A stretch of DNA of 63,989 bases, filler included, from Octopus bimaculoides (taxonomy: Eukaryota): NCBI RefSeq assembly GCF_001194135.2. It is 11 parts of 10 records of this genome, joined end to end, with 100 filler letters (N's around TTAATTAATTAA, not from the genome) between each part and the next. Parts side by side here need not be neighbours in the genome. Positions count along the whole stretch, not along the records: positions 1 to 9,425 come from NC_069004.1; positions 9,526 to 18,248 come from NC_068988.1; 9 more parts are not named here. One strand, written 5' to 3'. The position numbers and the translations under genes are program-made. Below, piece by piece: positions 1-12,174 of this stretch (the stretch's first letter is position 1; each line of letters opens with the position of its first letter). The notes beneath the pieces were generated by a model, which had not been told where the DNA came from, did not search any database, and saw only the letters and a list, made by a program, of their open reading frames with translations.

Positions 1-199
1 TAATAACATTTTCAGCGTTTTCTGGTTTATTTCGTCTTAAGGATTTTCAACAATCTTCTGAAATTTAACAAATTTGTATTTTCAATAAAAGTTTTTCTTT
101 TCAATAATTATTTCAACAAAATTCATTAGAATTGTCTTTTAATGTTGTTTTATCAAAATACATACTTGAAGCTATGTTTTTTCTACGTAAATTTTCTCC

Positions 200-355
200 A
201 GGCGCGGGTGTGTGGTAAGAAGCTTGCTTCTCAACCACATGGTTCCGGGTTCAGTCAATCTTCTGTTATATCCTTGGTAGACAGAATTGAACGAAACTTG
301 TCGTGTATGTATCTATGTGTGTGTGCGTGCGTGTGTCTTTGTGTTTGTACCCTCA
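200..355 (+). mobile_element. SINE family B, 5' part with deletion
   Basis: ggcgcgggtgtgtggtaagaagcttgcttctcaaccacatggttccgggttcagtc head, then ggtagac...gaaac and a (GT)n tract. Confidence 0.8.
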
Positions 356-1651
356 GCGCAGATTTACGTTTTGTTTTATTTATATTCTATGTTTATTTTT
401 GCCTATTTTTCTTTATTTTTGCACATTTTCCTTGAAGTTCAAATTTGGACTATATTCTAGTTCGTTTCGATGCTACAATTCCTTGAGAAATCAAGAATGT
501 TCAAAGAAAGAAAGAAAGAAAAAGAAAAACAAACACTGGCAGCACCATTTCCAAGCAATTTATAAAAAATCTAGCAAATTTTGGGATTGTATGTAGTTTA
601 AAGGAAAGTTTAGTTGTTGCTGTCAGTTCGTGCCATTATATATNNNNNNNNNNNNNNNNNNNNNNNNNNNNNNNNNNNNNNNNNNNNNNNNNNNNNNNNN
701 NNNNNNNNNNNNNNNNNNNNNNNNNNNNNNNNNNNNNNNNNNNNNNNNNNNNNNNNNNNNNNNNNNNNNNNNNNNNNNNNNNNNNNNNNNNNNNNNNNNN
801 NNNNNNNNNNNNNNNNNNNNNNNNNNNNNNNNNNNNNNNNNNNNNNNNNNNNNNNNNNNNNNNNNNNNNNNNNNNNNNNNNNNNNNNNNNNNNNNNNNNN
901 NNNNNNNNNNNNNNNNNNNNNNNNNNNNNNNNNNNNNNNNNNNNNNNNNNNNNNNNNNNNNNNNNNNNNNNNNNNNNNNNNNNNNNNNNNNNNNNNNNNN
1001 NNNNNNNNNNNNNNNNNNNNNNNNNNNNNNNNNNNNNNNNNNNNNNNNNNNNNNNNNNNNNNNNNNNNNNNNNNNNNNNNNNNNNNNNNNNNNNNNNNNN
1101 NNNNNNNNNNNNNNNNNNNNNNNNNNNNNNNNNNNNNNNNNNNNNNNNNNNNNNNNNNNNNNNNNNNNNNNNNNNNNNNNNNNNNNNNNNNNNNNNNNNN
1201 NNNNNNNNNNNNNNNNNNNNNNNNNNNNNNNNNNNNNNNNNNNNNNNNNNNNNNNNNNNNNNNNNNNNNNNNNNNNNNNNNNNNNNNNNNNNNNNNNNNN
1301 NNNNNNNNNNNNNNNNNNNNNNNNNNNNNNNNNNNNNNNNNNNNNNNNNNNNNNNNNNNNNNNNNNNNNNNNNNNNNNNNNNNNNNNNNNNNNNNNNNNN
1401 NNNNNNNNNNNNNNNNNNNNNNNNNNNNNNNNNNNNNNNNNNNNNNNNNNNNNNNNNNNNNNNNNNNNNNNNNNNNNNNNNNNNNNNNNNNNNNNNNNNN
1501 NNNNNNNNNNNNNNNNNNNNNNNNNNNNNNNNNNNNNNNNNNNNNNNNNNNNNNNNNNNNNNNNNNNNNNNNNNNNNNNNNNNNNNNNNNNNNNNNNNNN
1601 NNNNNNNNNNNNNNNNNNNNNNNNTATACATATACATACATAGATCTATAT

Positions 1652-1850
1652 ATAAAAGGGGTTTCAAAAAATCTGATGTTATTTGAGATATAAATACCAC
1701 ATGAGCTACATTGTCAAAGCAAATGAAATGTTGAGCAACATAAGATTTATTCCTCCAAATTTGAGTGAGAAATTCAAAGGTATGTGGATTCCATGAATGA
1801 TTTCACAAATGTTCAAAACGCGTCCGGGTTCTCATCAACTCTACTTCGTC
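1652..1850 (+). mobile_element. Possible mariner 5' fragment
   Basis: TA-taaaaggggtttcaaaaa TIR-like start and an internal ttcaaaacgcgtcc motif recalled from mariner subterminal regions; weak. Confidence 0.3.
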
Positions 1851-2195
1851 CAATCCAAACGGGGGCCACAAAGTCCCTCCACTGAACCCCAAACCCCCCG
1901 TCTCACCCCCACACCTCACTAACTCGCAACCCCTTCTTGTTCTTTATTAATTCCTCTCCCCGAATGACAATGCAACATCCGCTGTCTCGACGTTGCTTAT
2001 TTTCCACGTCACTCTACGCCGTCCTAAGGCTTCTGGCTCTATTACAGAGTAGTAGTGGGAGGGAGAGAGAGAAAGAGAGAGAGAGGAAGGAAGAAGAGAG
2101 AGGGAGAGAGAGTGAGTGAGGGAGAAACAGAATGAGACACGGAGAGGGAGATGGAGAGTAAAGGCTTTGAGAAACCATTTTCTATATAGTAATGG

Positions 2196-2201
2196 CTGTG
2201 G

Positions 2202-2242
<41 letters not shown>

Positions 2243-2299
2243 CTTCTTCTTCTTCTTCTTCTTCTTCTTCTTCTTCTTCTTCTCCTTCTTCTTCTTCTT
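2196..2299. repeat. Compound (GTT)n(CTT)n microsatellite
   Basis: Read directly. Confidence 0.95.
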
Positions 2300-2461
2300 T
2301 CTGCGACAATGAGTTGACATAATGTTTGTGACAACCGGAACCGAATGTGCAACAGTGTGAGCATGCGTGTGTGTATTTGTATATGTGTGTTTGCGTGTGT
2401 GTGTATGTACGCATGTATGTATGTATTTATGTATGTCTGGTTGTATATATTTATGCATGTG

Positions 2462-2503
<42 letters not shown>

Positions 2504-2942
2504 CATGTATATGTCCTTATATAAATCTATATATACCTGTGTGTGTATATGAGTTCATGTATTTACGCATCTATCAAGTAGCTCCACACACATCGTTCGC
2601 ACATAAACGTGCACATACATGCACGTACATGGCTGTATACATGATACGCGTGCATAAGCATGCACGCACGTCCATTAATGCACATTTTCACAAACACTTC
2701 AATCTGTCAATTGGTCTGTCTTCCTCTGTACCTATATATCTCTCGCTCCGTCTATTCCGCTGCCTTTTCCCCTCTCTTCCACTGTCTTTCTGTCTCTCTC
2801 TCTCTGTCACTCTCCTTCTGTCTTCTTCATCAAACTCCACACACACACACACACACACATACACAAACGTGTCGTTTATGAATAGACTTTTCCTCGTTCA
2901 TCAAACCGTCGAGAAATGTGATAACATTTAGTTTTGTGCAAG

Positions 2943-3030
2943 CTGCATGTTGCATATCTCTCATTGCATGTTGCACATTGCATTTTGCACATTGCATGTT
3001 GCACATTGCATGTTGCACATAGCATGCTGC
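2943..3030. repeat. 14-bp minisatellite (ttgcacattgcatg), degenerate
   Basis: About 5-6 imperfect units. Confidence 0.8.
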
Positions 3031-3937
3031 ACAGAAATTCCTTGCATGGTCAAATTGCACGCTCAGTAGAGAAATGCCAGTTGGCTAAAGATTAAAGATT
3101 TATAACCACGACATTTTGTGTGTGTGTGTGTGTGTGTCTGTGTGTCTGTGCGTGTGTGTGTGTATAAATGTACGTGCGTATGTATATCTGTGTATCTGTG
3201 TAGTCGTCTATACACACAGTCATATATAGCCGACAATATATATAACTAAATATATACACATATGTATATATGTATGTATGTATATATTTATATATATATA
3301 TATATATATGTATATATANNNNNNNNNNNNNNNNNNNNNNNNNNNNNNNNNNNNNNNNNNNNNNNNNNNNNNNNNNNNNNNNNNNNNNNNNNNNNNNNNN
3401 NNNNNNNNNNNNNNNNNNNNNNNNNNNNNNNNNNNNNNNNNNNNNNNNNNNNNNNNNNNNNNNNNNNNNNNNNNNNNNNNNNNNNNNNNNNNNNNNNNNN
3501 NNNNNNNNNNNNNNNNNNNNNNNNNNNNNNNNNNNNNNNNNNNNNNNNNNNNNNNNNNNNNNNNNNNNNNNNNNNNNNNNNNNNNNNNNNNNNNNNNNNN
3601 NNNNNNNNNNNNNNNNNNNNNNNNNNNNNNNNNNNNNNNNNNNNNNNNNNNNNNNNNNNNNNNNNNNNNNNNNNNNNNNNNNNNNNNNNNNNNNNNNNNN
3701 NNNNNNNNNNNNNNNNNNNNNNNNNNNNNNNNNNNNNNNNNNNNNNNNNNNNNNNNNNNNNNNNNNNNNNNNNNNNNNNNNNNNNNNNNNNNNNNNNNNN
3801 NNNNNNNNNNNNNNNNNNNNNNNNNNNNNNNNNNNNNNNNNNNNNNNNNNNNNNNNNNNNNNNNNNNNNNNNNNNNNNNNNNNNNNNNNNNNNNNNNNNN
3901 NNNNNNNNNNNNNNNNNNNNNNNNNNNNNNNNNNNNC

Positions 3938-4169
3938 TGCACAAAGTAGATGTAGGGGTTTTAAAATCAAAGCTGGACCTCTTCCTGTCGAGAGTCCCAG
4001 ATGAACCTACCTCACGGCAAGAAGTGCAAATGAGGGTAGCTACATCAAACTCCATTCTTCACCAAGTGCCACATATTGGAGGAGGTTCTCAGTAATAACA
4101 GCGTAGCAACACGGCGGTGCATCAGCATGGCCGCAGCTCTGAGCTGAAACTACAGTAAAAAAAAAAAAA
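3938..4169 (+). mobile_element. CR1-group (CR1/L2-like) LINE 3' end: ORF2 C-terminus, 3' UTR and poly(A)
   Basis: LHKVDVGVLKSKLDLFLSRVPDEPTSRQEVQMRVATSNSILHQ..* (xKxxLDxFL motif), stop at 4093-4095, a short UTR and an A-run at 4157-4169. The 5' part is hidden in the gap. Confidence 0.65.
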
Positions 4170-4171
4170 TC

Positions 4172-4270
4172 TCGATCTTGGTGGAATTTGAACTTAGAAT
4201 GTAAAGACAGACGAAATACCGGTCAGCATTTCACCCGGCGTGCTAACGTTTCTGCCAGCTCGCCGCCTTA
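4172..4270 (-). mobile_element. SINE family A, 5' portion
   Basis: Reverse complement ggcggcgagctggcagaaacgttagcacgccgggtgaaatgc...ctaagttcaaattcc; aligns by eye with other copies in the window. Confidence 0.85.
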
Positions 4271-4544
4271 GACAACTGGAATATTTTTGTCAATATAAAA
4301 ACTCAGTATCACTTCCCCCCACCCCATCCAGAGTGCCGTTAGTGATCGTGGGCCGTTTACACGTGATATACTTACAAGATGCTTGGCCAATAATCTATGA
4401 GGTGCCACTCTACAACAGACGTCGTTTTATTTTTCAGCTGGGCGCTGACATGGAGCATCATGGCATGAAGTGACTCGCTTAATTACAGAACGCAGCACGG
4501 ACTCACGGATTTGAGTCGAACCAGCTTACGCAATGAGGACTTAC

Positions 4545-4720
4545 AGACGGTGTGGTCAACTGTGGTCAACTGTCTTCCGGATCCTAACGTGCAGGGTTCA
4601 AATCTTGTCGAGGTCAACTCTACATTTTTATCGTTCCGAGCTGGGGGAGGGTTTAGATAAAATAAGATACCAGTCACATACTGGAGCCGATATGATCCAT
4701 CAGTCCCCACCCCAATTCCA
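4545..4720 (+). mobile_element. SINE with family A-type body and a different head
   Basis: gggttcaaatc B box followed by gaggtcaac...gataaaataagataccagtcacatactggagccgat, as in the family A body. Confidence 0.6.
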
Positions 4721-4834
4721 CCCTAATATTTCAAGCTATAGTAATATCTATGGATTCTCTCTCAAGCATTTTGTTTATTTACTGACAGGGGTGATGGATG
4801 ATAATGTTAATATCCTTGGACTGATAATAAGGGT

Positions 4835-5692
4835 TAGGGTGGTGGTGGTGGTTTTTGAAGTGGCAGTAGTGGTGGTAGTGGTTGTGGTGGAGGTGGTAGG
4901 GTGGAGGTAGTATTGGTGGTGGTGGTGGTAATGGTGGTATATTGTTTGTATGTTTGGATAGTGGTGCTGGTGGTAGTTGCGGCGGAGGTAGAGCAGTGAA
5001 TGTGGTCATGGTCGGTTCCGCTGATGAGGATGATGATGATGATGGTGATGACGATACGCTACCACCACTACTACCACCACCACCANNNNNNNNNNNNNNN
5101 NNNNNNNNNNNNNNNNNNNNNNNNNNNNNNNNNNNNNNNNNNNNNNNNNNNNNNNNNNNNNNNNNNNNNNNNNNNNNNNNNNNNNNNNNNNNNNNNNNNN
5201 NNNNNNNNNNNNNNNNNNNNNNNNNNNNNNNNNNNNNNNNNNNNNNNNNNNNNNNNNNNNNNNNNNNNNNNNNNNNNNNNNNNNNNNNNNNNNNNNNNNN
5301 NNNNNNNNNNNNNNNNNNNNNNNNNNNNNNNNNNNNNNNNNNNNNNNNNNNNNNNNNNNNNNNNNNNNNNNNNNNNNNNNNNNNNNNNNNNNNNNNNNNN
5401 NNNNNNNNNNNNNNNNNNNNNNNNNNNNNNNNNNNNNNNNNNNNNNNNNNNNNNNNNNNNNNNNNNNNNNNNNNNNNNNNNNNNNNNNNNNNNNCCTCTT
5501 CCTTCCACCGCAACTACAACCGTCACTTAATATGCAACAAATCTCCATTTTCTTCATTGTAACATGGCTTCCGTGTTGTCATCAAGTTGTCATCACTTTT
5601 ATTGGATAATGTAATCTCTCATCTCCAACACTTCTCCTCTTGAAGAAATCCATCCATCCATCCATCCATCCATCCATCCATCCATCTATCTG

Positions 5693-5743
<51 letters not shown>

Positions 5744-6544
5744 GACCTTCTATCTATGTCTGTCTGTCTGTATCTACCTTCCTGTCTGCCTGTCTGTCTA
5801 TCTCTTTCTCTCTCTCTCCATCCGTCTGTTTATCTATCTAGACACGCACTGCATATTTAAGCCCATTCCAATATAGGCAGGCCATCGACCCTTGAGTGTC
5901 ATCATTCTATTCGCTAGAAATAACAGCCAAAACTGCCATTCAAACGAGATTCCACAGTCAGAAAAAAAACACACACACACACACGGGATACAGTGTTTCG
6001 AGATCCAGTGCAGATTAGAAAAGATACGGGATGGTCATGGCTGGAATGTCCTATGGTGGACATTCAACACGAACCAGGAATGACCTGCCACTAAACAGCC
6101 CCCTCTCCCTGCTCCGCGGACCCATCACGGCCATTATTGATTGCTATACCACACGTCAAAGGTATTACCATTCACAGCCTCCACTAGCGCCACCGCCACC
6201 ATCACCACCACCACCACCACCTTCACAACCAGCGCTAACACCAACCACAACAACAACAAAAGTAACATTGTCCCTCCACCGCAGTTACTCACCTCAGCAC
6301 CACCATCATCATCATCACCTACACCCCCCACACCATAATCAGCATCAGCATCACCACCACTACCACCACCACACCATCACCCCAGCACCCACTGCACTAC
6401 TACCACCATCCCCACTACTACAACCATCACCACCATCTCCACCATCACCACTACCATCACTACCACCGCTATGAGTAACACCACCACACCATTACCACCA
6501 CCACCACCATCACCACCACCACCACCATCACCACCACCACCACC
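4835..6544. repeat. Degenerate (GGT)/(ACC) low-complexity tracts with ATCC/ATCT tetramers, around gaps
   Basis: Read directly; the tracts switch orientation across the region. Confidence 0.85.
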
Positions 6545-7533
6545 NNNNNNNNNNNNNNNNNNNNNNNNNNNNNNNNNNNNNNNNNNNNNNNNNNNNNNNN
6601 NNNNNNNNNNNNNNNNNNNNNNNNNNNNNNNNNNNNNNNNNNNNNNNNNNNNNNNNNNNNNNNNNNNNNNNNNNNNNNNNNNNNNNNNNNNNNNNNNNNN
6701 NNNNNNNNNNNNNNNNNNNNNNNNNNNNNNNNNNNNNNNNNNNNNNNNNNNNNNNNNNNNNNNNNNNNNNNNNNNNNNNNNNNNNNNNNNNNNNNNNNNN
6801 NNNNNNNNNNNNNNNNNNNNNNNNNNNNNNNNNNNNNNNNNNNNNNNNNNNNNNNNNNNNNNNNNNNNNNNNNNNNNNNNNNNNNNNNNNNNNNNNNNNN
6901 NNNNNNNNNNNNNNNNNNNNNNNNNNNNNNNNNNNNNNNNNNNNNNNNNNNNNNNNNNNNNNNNNNNNNNNNNNNNNNNNNNNNNNNNNNNNNNNNNNNN
7001 NNNNNNNNNNNNNNNNNNNNNNNNNNNNNNNNNNNNNNNNNNNNNNNNNNNNNNNNNNNNNNNNNNNNNNNNNNNNNNNNNNNNNNNNNNNNNNNNNNNN
7101 NNNNNNNNNNNNNNNNNNNNNNNNNNNNNNNNNNNNNNNNNNNNNNNNNNNNNNNNNNNNNNNNNNNNNNNNNNNNNNNNNNNNNNNNNNNNNNNNNNNN
7201 NNNNNNNNNNNNNNNNNNNNNNNNNNNNNNNNNNNNNNNNNNNNNNNNNNNNNNNNNNNNNNNNNNNNNNNNNNNNNNNNNNNNNNNNNNNNNNNNNNNN
7301 NNNNNNNNNNNNNNNNNNNNNNNNNNNNNNNNNNNNNNNNNNNNNNNNNNNNNNNNNNNNNNNNNNNNNNNNNNNNNNNNNNNNNNNNNNNNNNNNNNNN
7401 NNNNNNNNNNNNNNNNNNNNNNNNNNNNNNNNNNNNNNNNNNNNNNNNNNNNNNNNNNNNNNNNNNNNNNNNNNNNNNNNNNNNNNNNNNNNNNNNNNNN
7501 NNNNNNNNNNNNNNNNNNNNNNNNNNNNNNNNN

Positions 7534-7567
<34 letters not shown>

Positions 7568-7892
7568 CATGTATATATATATGTTGTTTGCGTAAGTACA
7601 GACACACACGCATACATACATGTACACACACACACACACACACATATATATACATACACACACAAATGAGTATATGCGTGTGCGTATATATATGTGTGTG
7701 TGTGTGTGTGTCGAACTTAGTGGTAGGGCGGGGGTGAAGGAGCTGTTAGTACATAGCAAGGTCGCTTATGACGTTGATGAAATCGTAATGGCATATTGAA
7801 CCAGTCCAAAGAACGGCTTATATTGATTCTTGACCACAGGTCAACCAATCTAAATATTACTTTATATATTTGTGCGCGCGCTAATGTGCGTG

Positions 7893-7930
<38 letters not shown>

Positions 7931-8977
7931 GTGCATCCGTTGTGGATGAGCCTTTTTTATCTTACATAGTGTTAATATATAAATGCATTTGTGTGTGCAT
8001 ATATGCACGCGCAGATATGCACACATTTCATACATACATATCTGTACAAACATACATATATACACATATATATATGTATATATATGTATATATNNNNNNN
8101 NNNNNNNNNNNNNNNNNNNNNNNNNNNNNNNNNNNNNNNNNNNNNNNNNNNNNNNNNNNNNNNNNNNNNNNNNNNNNNNNNNNNNNNNNNNNNNNNNNNN
8201 NNNNNNNNNNNNNNNNNNNNNNNNNNNNNNNNNNNNNNNNNNNNNNNNNNNNNNNNNNNNNNNNNNNNNNNNNNNNNNNNNNNNNNNNNNNNNNNNNTAT
8301 ATATATGTAGAAACATGCATATATATTATAAATAATATATCACATATTTATATAAACAAATGTATATATATCTATGTATATATATACACATATATATACA
8401 TTTATAAAAAAGAAGTTTGAAAACGCCAATATATAAAAAAAAAATGAATTTTAATTTATAATTTTGTCAGAGATATTTTTAACATGTTTCGGTTCTTGTA
8501 AAAACGAACCTTATCAAAAATACATATTTAAAAAAATGAAATTAAATGAAGAGTTCATAATTGTTCCTTACTGGTGTCAATAGTCCACATGGGGGCATTT
8601 TTTGTTGGTTGTAGTAGTAGTAGTTATCCTATTGGTAATGGTAAATGGCAGTGACCTCTGTCCGTGTCAGTAGCAGTAAATATATACCCACTCGTATGCC
8701 ACCTACGCTTTTTTATCAATACCATATATATACATATTCATATATATATATATATATACACATATATATAAACAATAAATGAGTATATGCATATATACGT
8801 ACATGTATGTACATACCTACATCTACCTGTATATATAGATGCACATCTGGGTACAGGACGTTGCAAACAAAACGTATACAAAATGATAAATAGAGTACAG
8901 AAAACACACAGGCCACATAGAGAACATTTCCTTCATCAGCTGCCTTCATTCTAACACTGGCGTTTCGAATATATGTG

Positions 8978-9145
8978 AATAAGATTGAAGCTATCAACAC
9001 CTGGGCCGTTTCACTCCTTAGATATAGAGCAGCGGTAATCGCATGGACAGTAGACGAACTAAACAGTTTAGGCAGGAAGCAAGTGACTGACCAGATACAA
9101 GATACTCCATCCAAAAAGTGACACACAGACAGACTGTATGTACCT
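8978..9145 (+). mobile_element. R4/Dong-like non-LTR retrotransposon RT C-terminal fragment
   Basis: NKIEAINTWAVSLLRYRAAVIAWTVDELNSLGRK, then after a frameshift HPKS and DRLYVP; matches the INTWAV..YxxGxxxW..EL..DRK..HPKSDxDRLY pattern. Confidence 0.75.
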
Positions 9146-9358
9146 TTCTACTCTTGGCACAAAGCCTGAAATTTGGGGGAGGGGGAGAGTCGATTATATC
9201 GACCCAGAACTCAACTGACACTTAATTTATCGACCCCGAAAAGGATGAAAGGCAAAGTCAGCCACGGCGGAATTTGAACTCAGAGCGTAGCGGCGGACTA
9301 AATACGGCTAAGCATTTCGCCCGGTGCGCTAACGACTCTGCCAGCTCCGCCGCCTTAG
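9144..9358 (-). mobile_element. SINE family A, full length
   Basis: tRNA-like head, central gcctttcatccttttcggggtcgataaattaagt domain and tail gtgccaagagtagaaag. Confidence 0.9.
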
Positions 9359-9360
9359 TA

Positions 9361-9425
<65 letters not shown>

Positions 9426-9985
9426 NNNNNNNNNNNNNNNNNNNNNNNNNNNNNNNNNNNNNNNNNNNNTTAATTAATTAANNNNNNNNNNNNNNNNNNN
9501 NNNNNNNNNNNNNNNNNNNNNNNNNTATATATATATATATATATGAAGAGAGAAAGAGAGAGAGAGAGATAAGGAGAGGTAGAGTGAGAGCGAAACAGAG
9601 ACAGAAAGAGAGAGTGTGCATGTGAGAGCGTGAGAGAGGGTTGTGTGGTACTGTCTGCTAGCTCTACGTAACACTTTGAGCCTGAACTAACTTGCATAGG
9701 TGTTAATTGGAGGAACGAAAATGGAAAGAAGAATATTCTTAATAAACGTATCCAACGAGAGATTTTCAACACAGTCGCTCGATCTACTAGAACTTCCTTC
9801 CGTATTTCTATCACATGGAAAAAGGAAACCCTTTATCAATATATACATAGTAGATACATAAAAAAGGTACACCAGTCAATCTATGATTGCTTTGATTATA
9901 ATCGTAATCAGTGAAGTTGGACACGGGTAAAATGACATCAGCGAATGCACATCAATCTTGTTTTACAGCAATAAATATATATCTA

Positions 9986-10205
9986 GTATTCTTTTCTACT
10001 CTAGGCACAATGCCTGAAATTTTGGGGAGGCGGCCAGTCGATTAGATCAACCCCAGTACGCAACTGGTAGTTAATTTATCGAAACCGAAAGGATGAAAGG
10101 AAATGTCGTCCTCGGCGGATTTTGAACTCAGAACATAAAGACAGACGAAATGCCACTAAGCATTTCACCCGGCATGCTAAGGTTTCTGCCAGCTCACCAC
10201 CTTAA
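9986..10205 (-). mobile_element. SINE family A, full length
   Basis: Aligns by eye to 9144-9358 over its whole length. Confidence 0.9.
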
Positions 10206-10276
10206 TACACATCTATCTTTACAAATTGATGAAATGGCTGATTTGTTGCGTTATTGCTTTTCGTCTCTTGCATTAG

Positions 10277-10334
10277 GACAACTTTCTGTTTCATCGTTTT
10301 GTGGACGAAGAAATAAAGAACCACTCCATAGCAG
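10277..10334 (+). other. Candidate 58-nt internal exon of an unidentified transcript
   Basis: Branch-like ctgat, pyrimidine tract cttttcgtctcttgcattAG, and a consensus donor CAG|GTAAGT. Open in two frames (DNFLFHRFVDEEIKNHSIA or QLSVSSFCGRRNKEPLHS). No homologue recognised. Confidence 0.35.
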
Positions 10335-11763
10335 GTAAGTGAAACAATTGTTAGAAAATCGGACATACTACCTTGCAGTATCTGTCGTACCCATGCGCTC
10401 TTTGTGATTAAGTTAAAATAATCTTAGAACGCCGCGCTACCCATGAGGAAAATGGTGACTCTTCTGTGATGAGTTGTAGAAATTTCAAAGAAAGAATCTT
10501 TGGTTGTAAGCATAGCACGGTTGAAATGTAAGATCCATAACTGCAACCGCTATTATACATTCTGTGACAGTCCTTTTCTCTCAAATATAAACGGCTCTGG
10601 ATTCTGTTGAATAATGGGGTTATAAAAGATAAGAATACGTTAATAATACGAATATTTTTGTGTATACTAGTATACACCAACATACCTACATTCATACATA
10701 TACGCATATTTCCATAATGCTTATACTCGGATATTAGATATACATTTGTATTGGCAAGAAACCATAAATGTGACAACAATTGTGTTAATACATATGTGTA
10801 TGCATATGATTGTGTATGTATGAGATTGTTCCGTTGTCCATGAATGAAGATGATAGAGGGACCATTTAATATGAGTGAACTGAAGAAATTATAATTTTTC
10901 CGTTTCGCAATCTATCTATTATTCATCATGTGAATGCGAAAGCTGGTCATATGAAATTAACCCAAGAGACACTAAAGTCAACATTCTGAAAACAACTTCG
11001 CAATAGATATTATCAAAGAATATAGTAAATGAATAGTCAACATGATTGCAGAGAATAGATAATGTTACATTTGGTTATTCGTCTTCGCAAATACGGTCTA
11101 GACTCGCGTGTCGTTTTACACATATGCCATAAAAGCATTCACACGCATATATATTGTTGATTCGAGAATCTTCTATGCGGCTGAAGGATCATTGTTAGCA
11201 AACGTTGCTTTATACGTTACTATATGCATATAGCACATGAATACATTGATATTTACACGCAAACGCACATACATATGTATATGTAAGTATGCACATATAT
11301 ATATGCATACATATATATATATATACATGTAAATATATATATATTATATATATATAAATATATNNNNNNNNNNNNNNNNNNNNNNNNNNNNNNNNNNNNN
11401 NNNNNNNNNNNNNNNNNNNNNNNNNNNNNNNNNNNNNNNNNNNNNNNNNNNNNNNNNNNNNNNNNNNNNNNNNNNNNNNNNNNNNNNNNNNNNNNNNNNN
11501 NNNNNNNNNNNNNNNNNNNNNNNNNNNNNNNNNNNNNNNNNNNNNNNNNNNNNNNNNNNNNNNNNNNNNNNNNNNNNNNNNNNNNNNNNNNNNNNNNNNN
11601 NNNNNNNNNNNNNNNNNNNNNNNNNNNNNNNNNNNNNNNNNNNNNNNNNNNNNNNNNNNNNNNNNNNNNNNNNNNNNNNNNNNNNNNNNNNNNNNNNNNN
11701 NNNNNNNNNNNNNNNNNNNNNNNNNNNNNNNNNNNNNNNNNNNNNNNNNNNNNNNNNNNNNNN

Positions 11764-11819
<56 letters not shown>

Positions 11820-12143
11820 TGAGAGAGAGAGAAGTATATGTATACATGTGTGCATGTATTTATATATGTGCGTGTGTGTGCATGTATCTACATGTATGTA
11901 TGCATGTATGTAAGTTCATGTGTGCGAAATTAAGAAACAAAACGAAAATATATGTGGATAATGGCATCAAGAACTACAGAAACTCCAATAGAAATATAGA
12001 AACGAAAGACAAATCTAAGTATATGAATAGGAAATAATGTGGAAACAAAGATGTACTATACGTGCCTGTTGTCAATTGTTGAAAATTATGCGGCGCCACT
12101 GAGCCCCGATTTATGTAGAATAATAAGTATCCGTTGTTCCGCC

Positions 12144-12174
<31 letters not shown>

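Noticed and set aside
610-1700. Long ORFs spanning N gaps, here and at every gap
   Set aside because: They are open only because N codons translate as X.
6031-6544. Pro/His/Thr-rich ORFs resembling extensin or mucin
   Set aside because: Degenerate (ACC)n low-complexity DNA with no codon-position bias or splice context.
9470-9481. TTAATTAATTAA islands inside N runs (also at about 18293, 24119, 47396, 49972, 53186, 56577, 57835, 59956, 62589)
   Set aside because: An identical 12-mer centred between ~50-N blocks is an assembly spacer, not biological sequence.
10277-10500. THAP-domain resemblance of the spliced peptide (FHRF..DEE...RR...SV.SC.NF)
   Set aside because: The invariant THAP Pro, Trp and C-x-x-H residues are missing.
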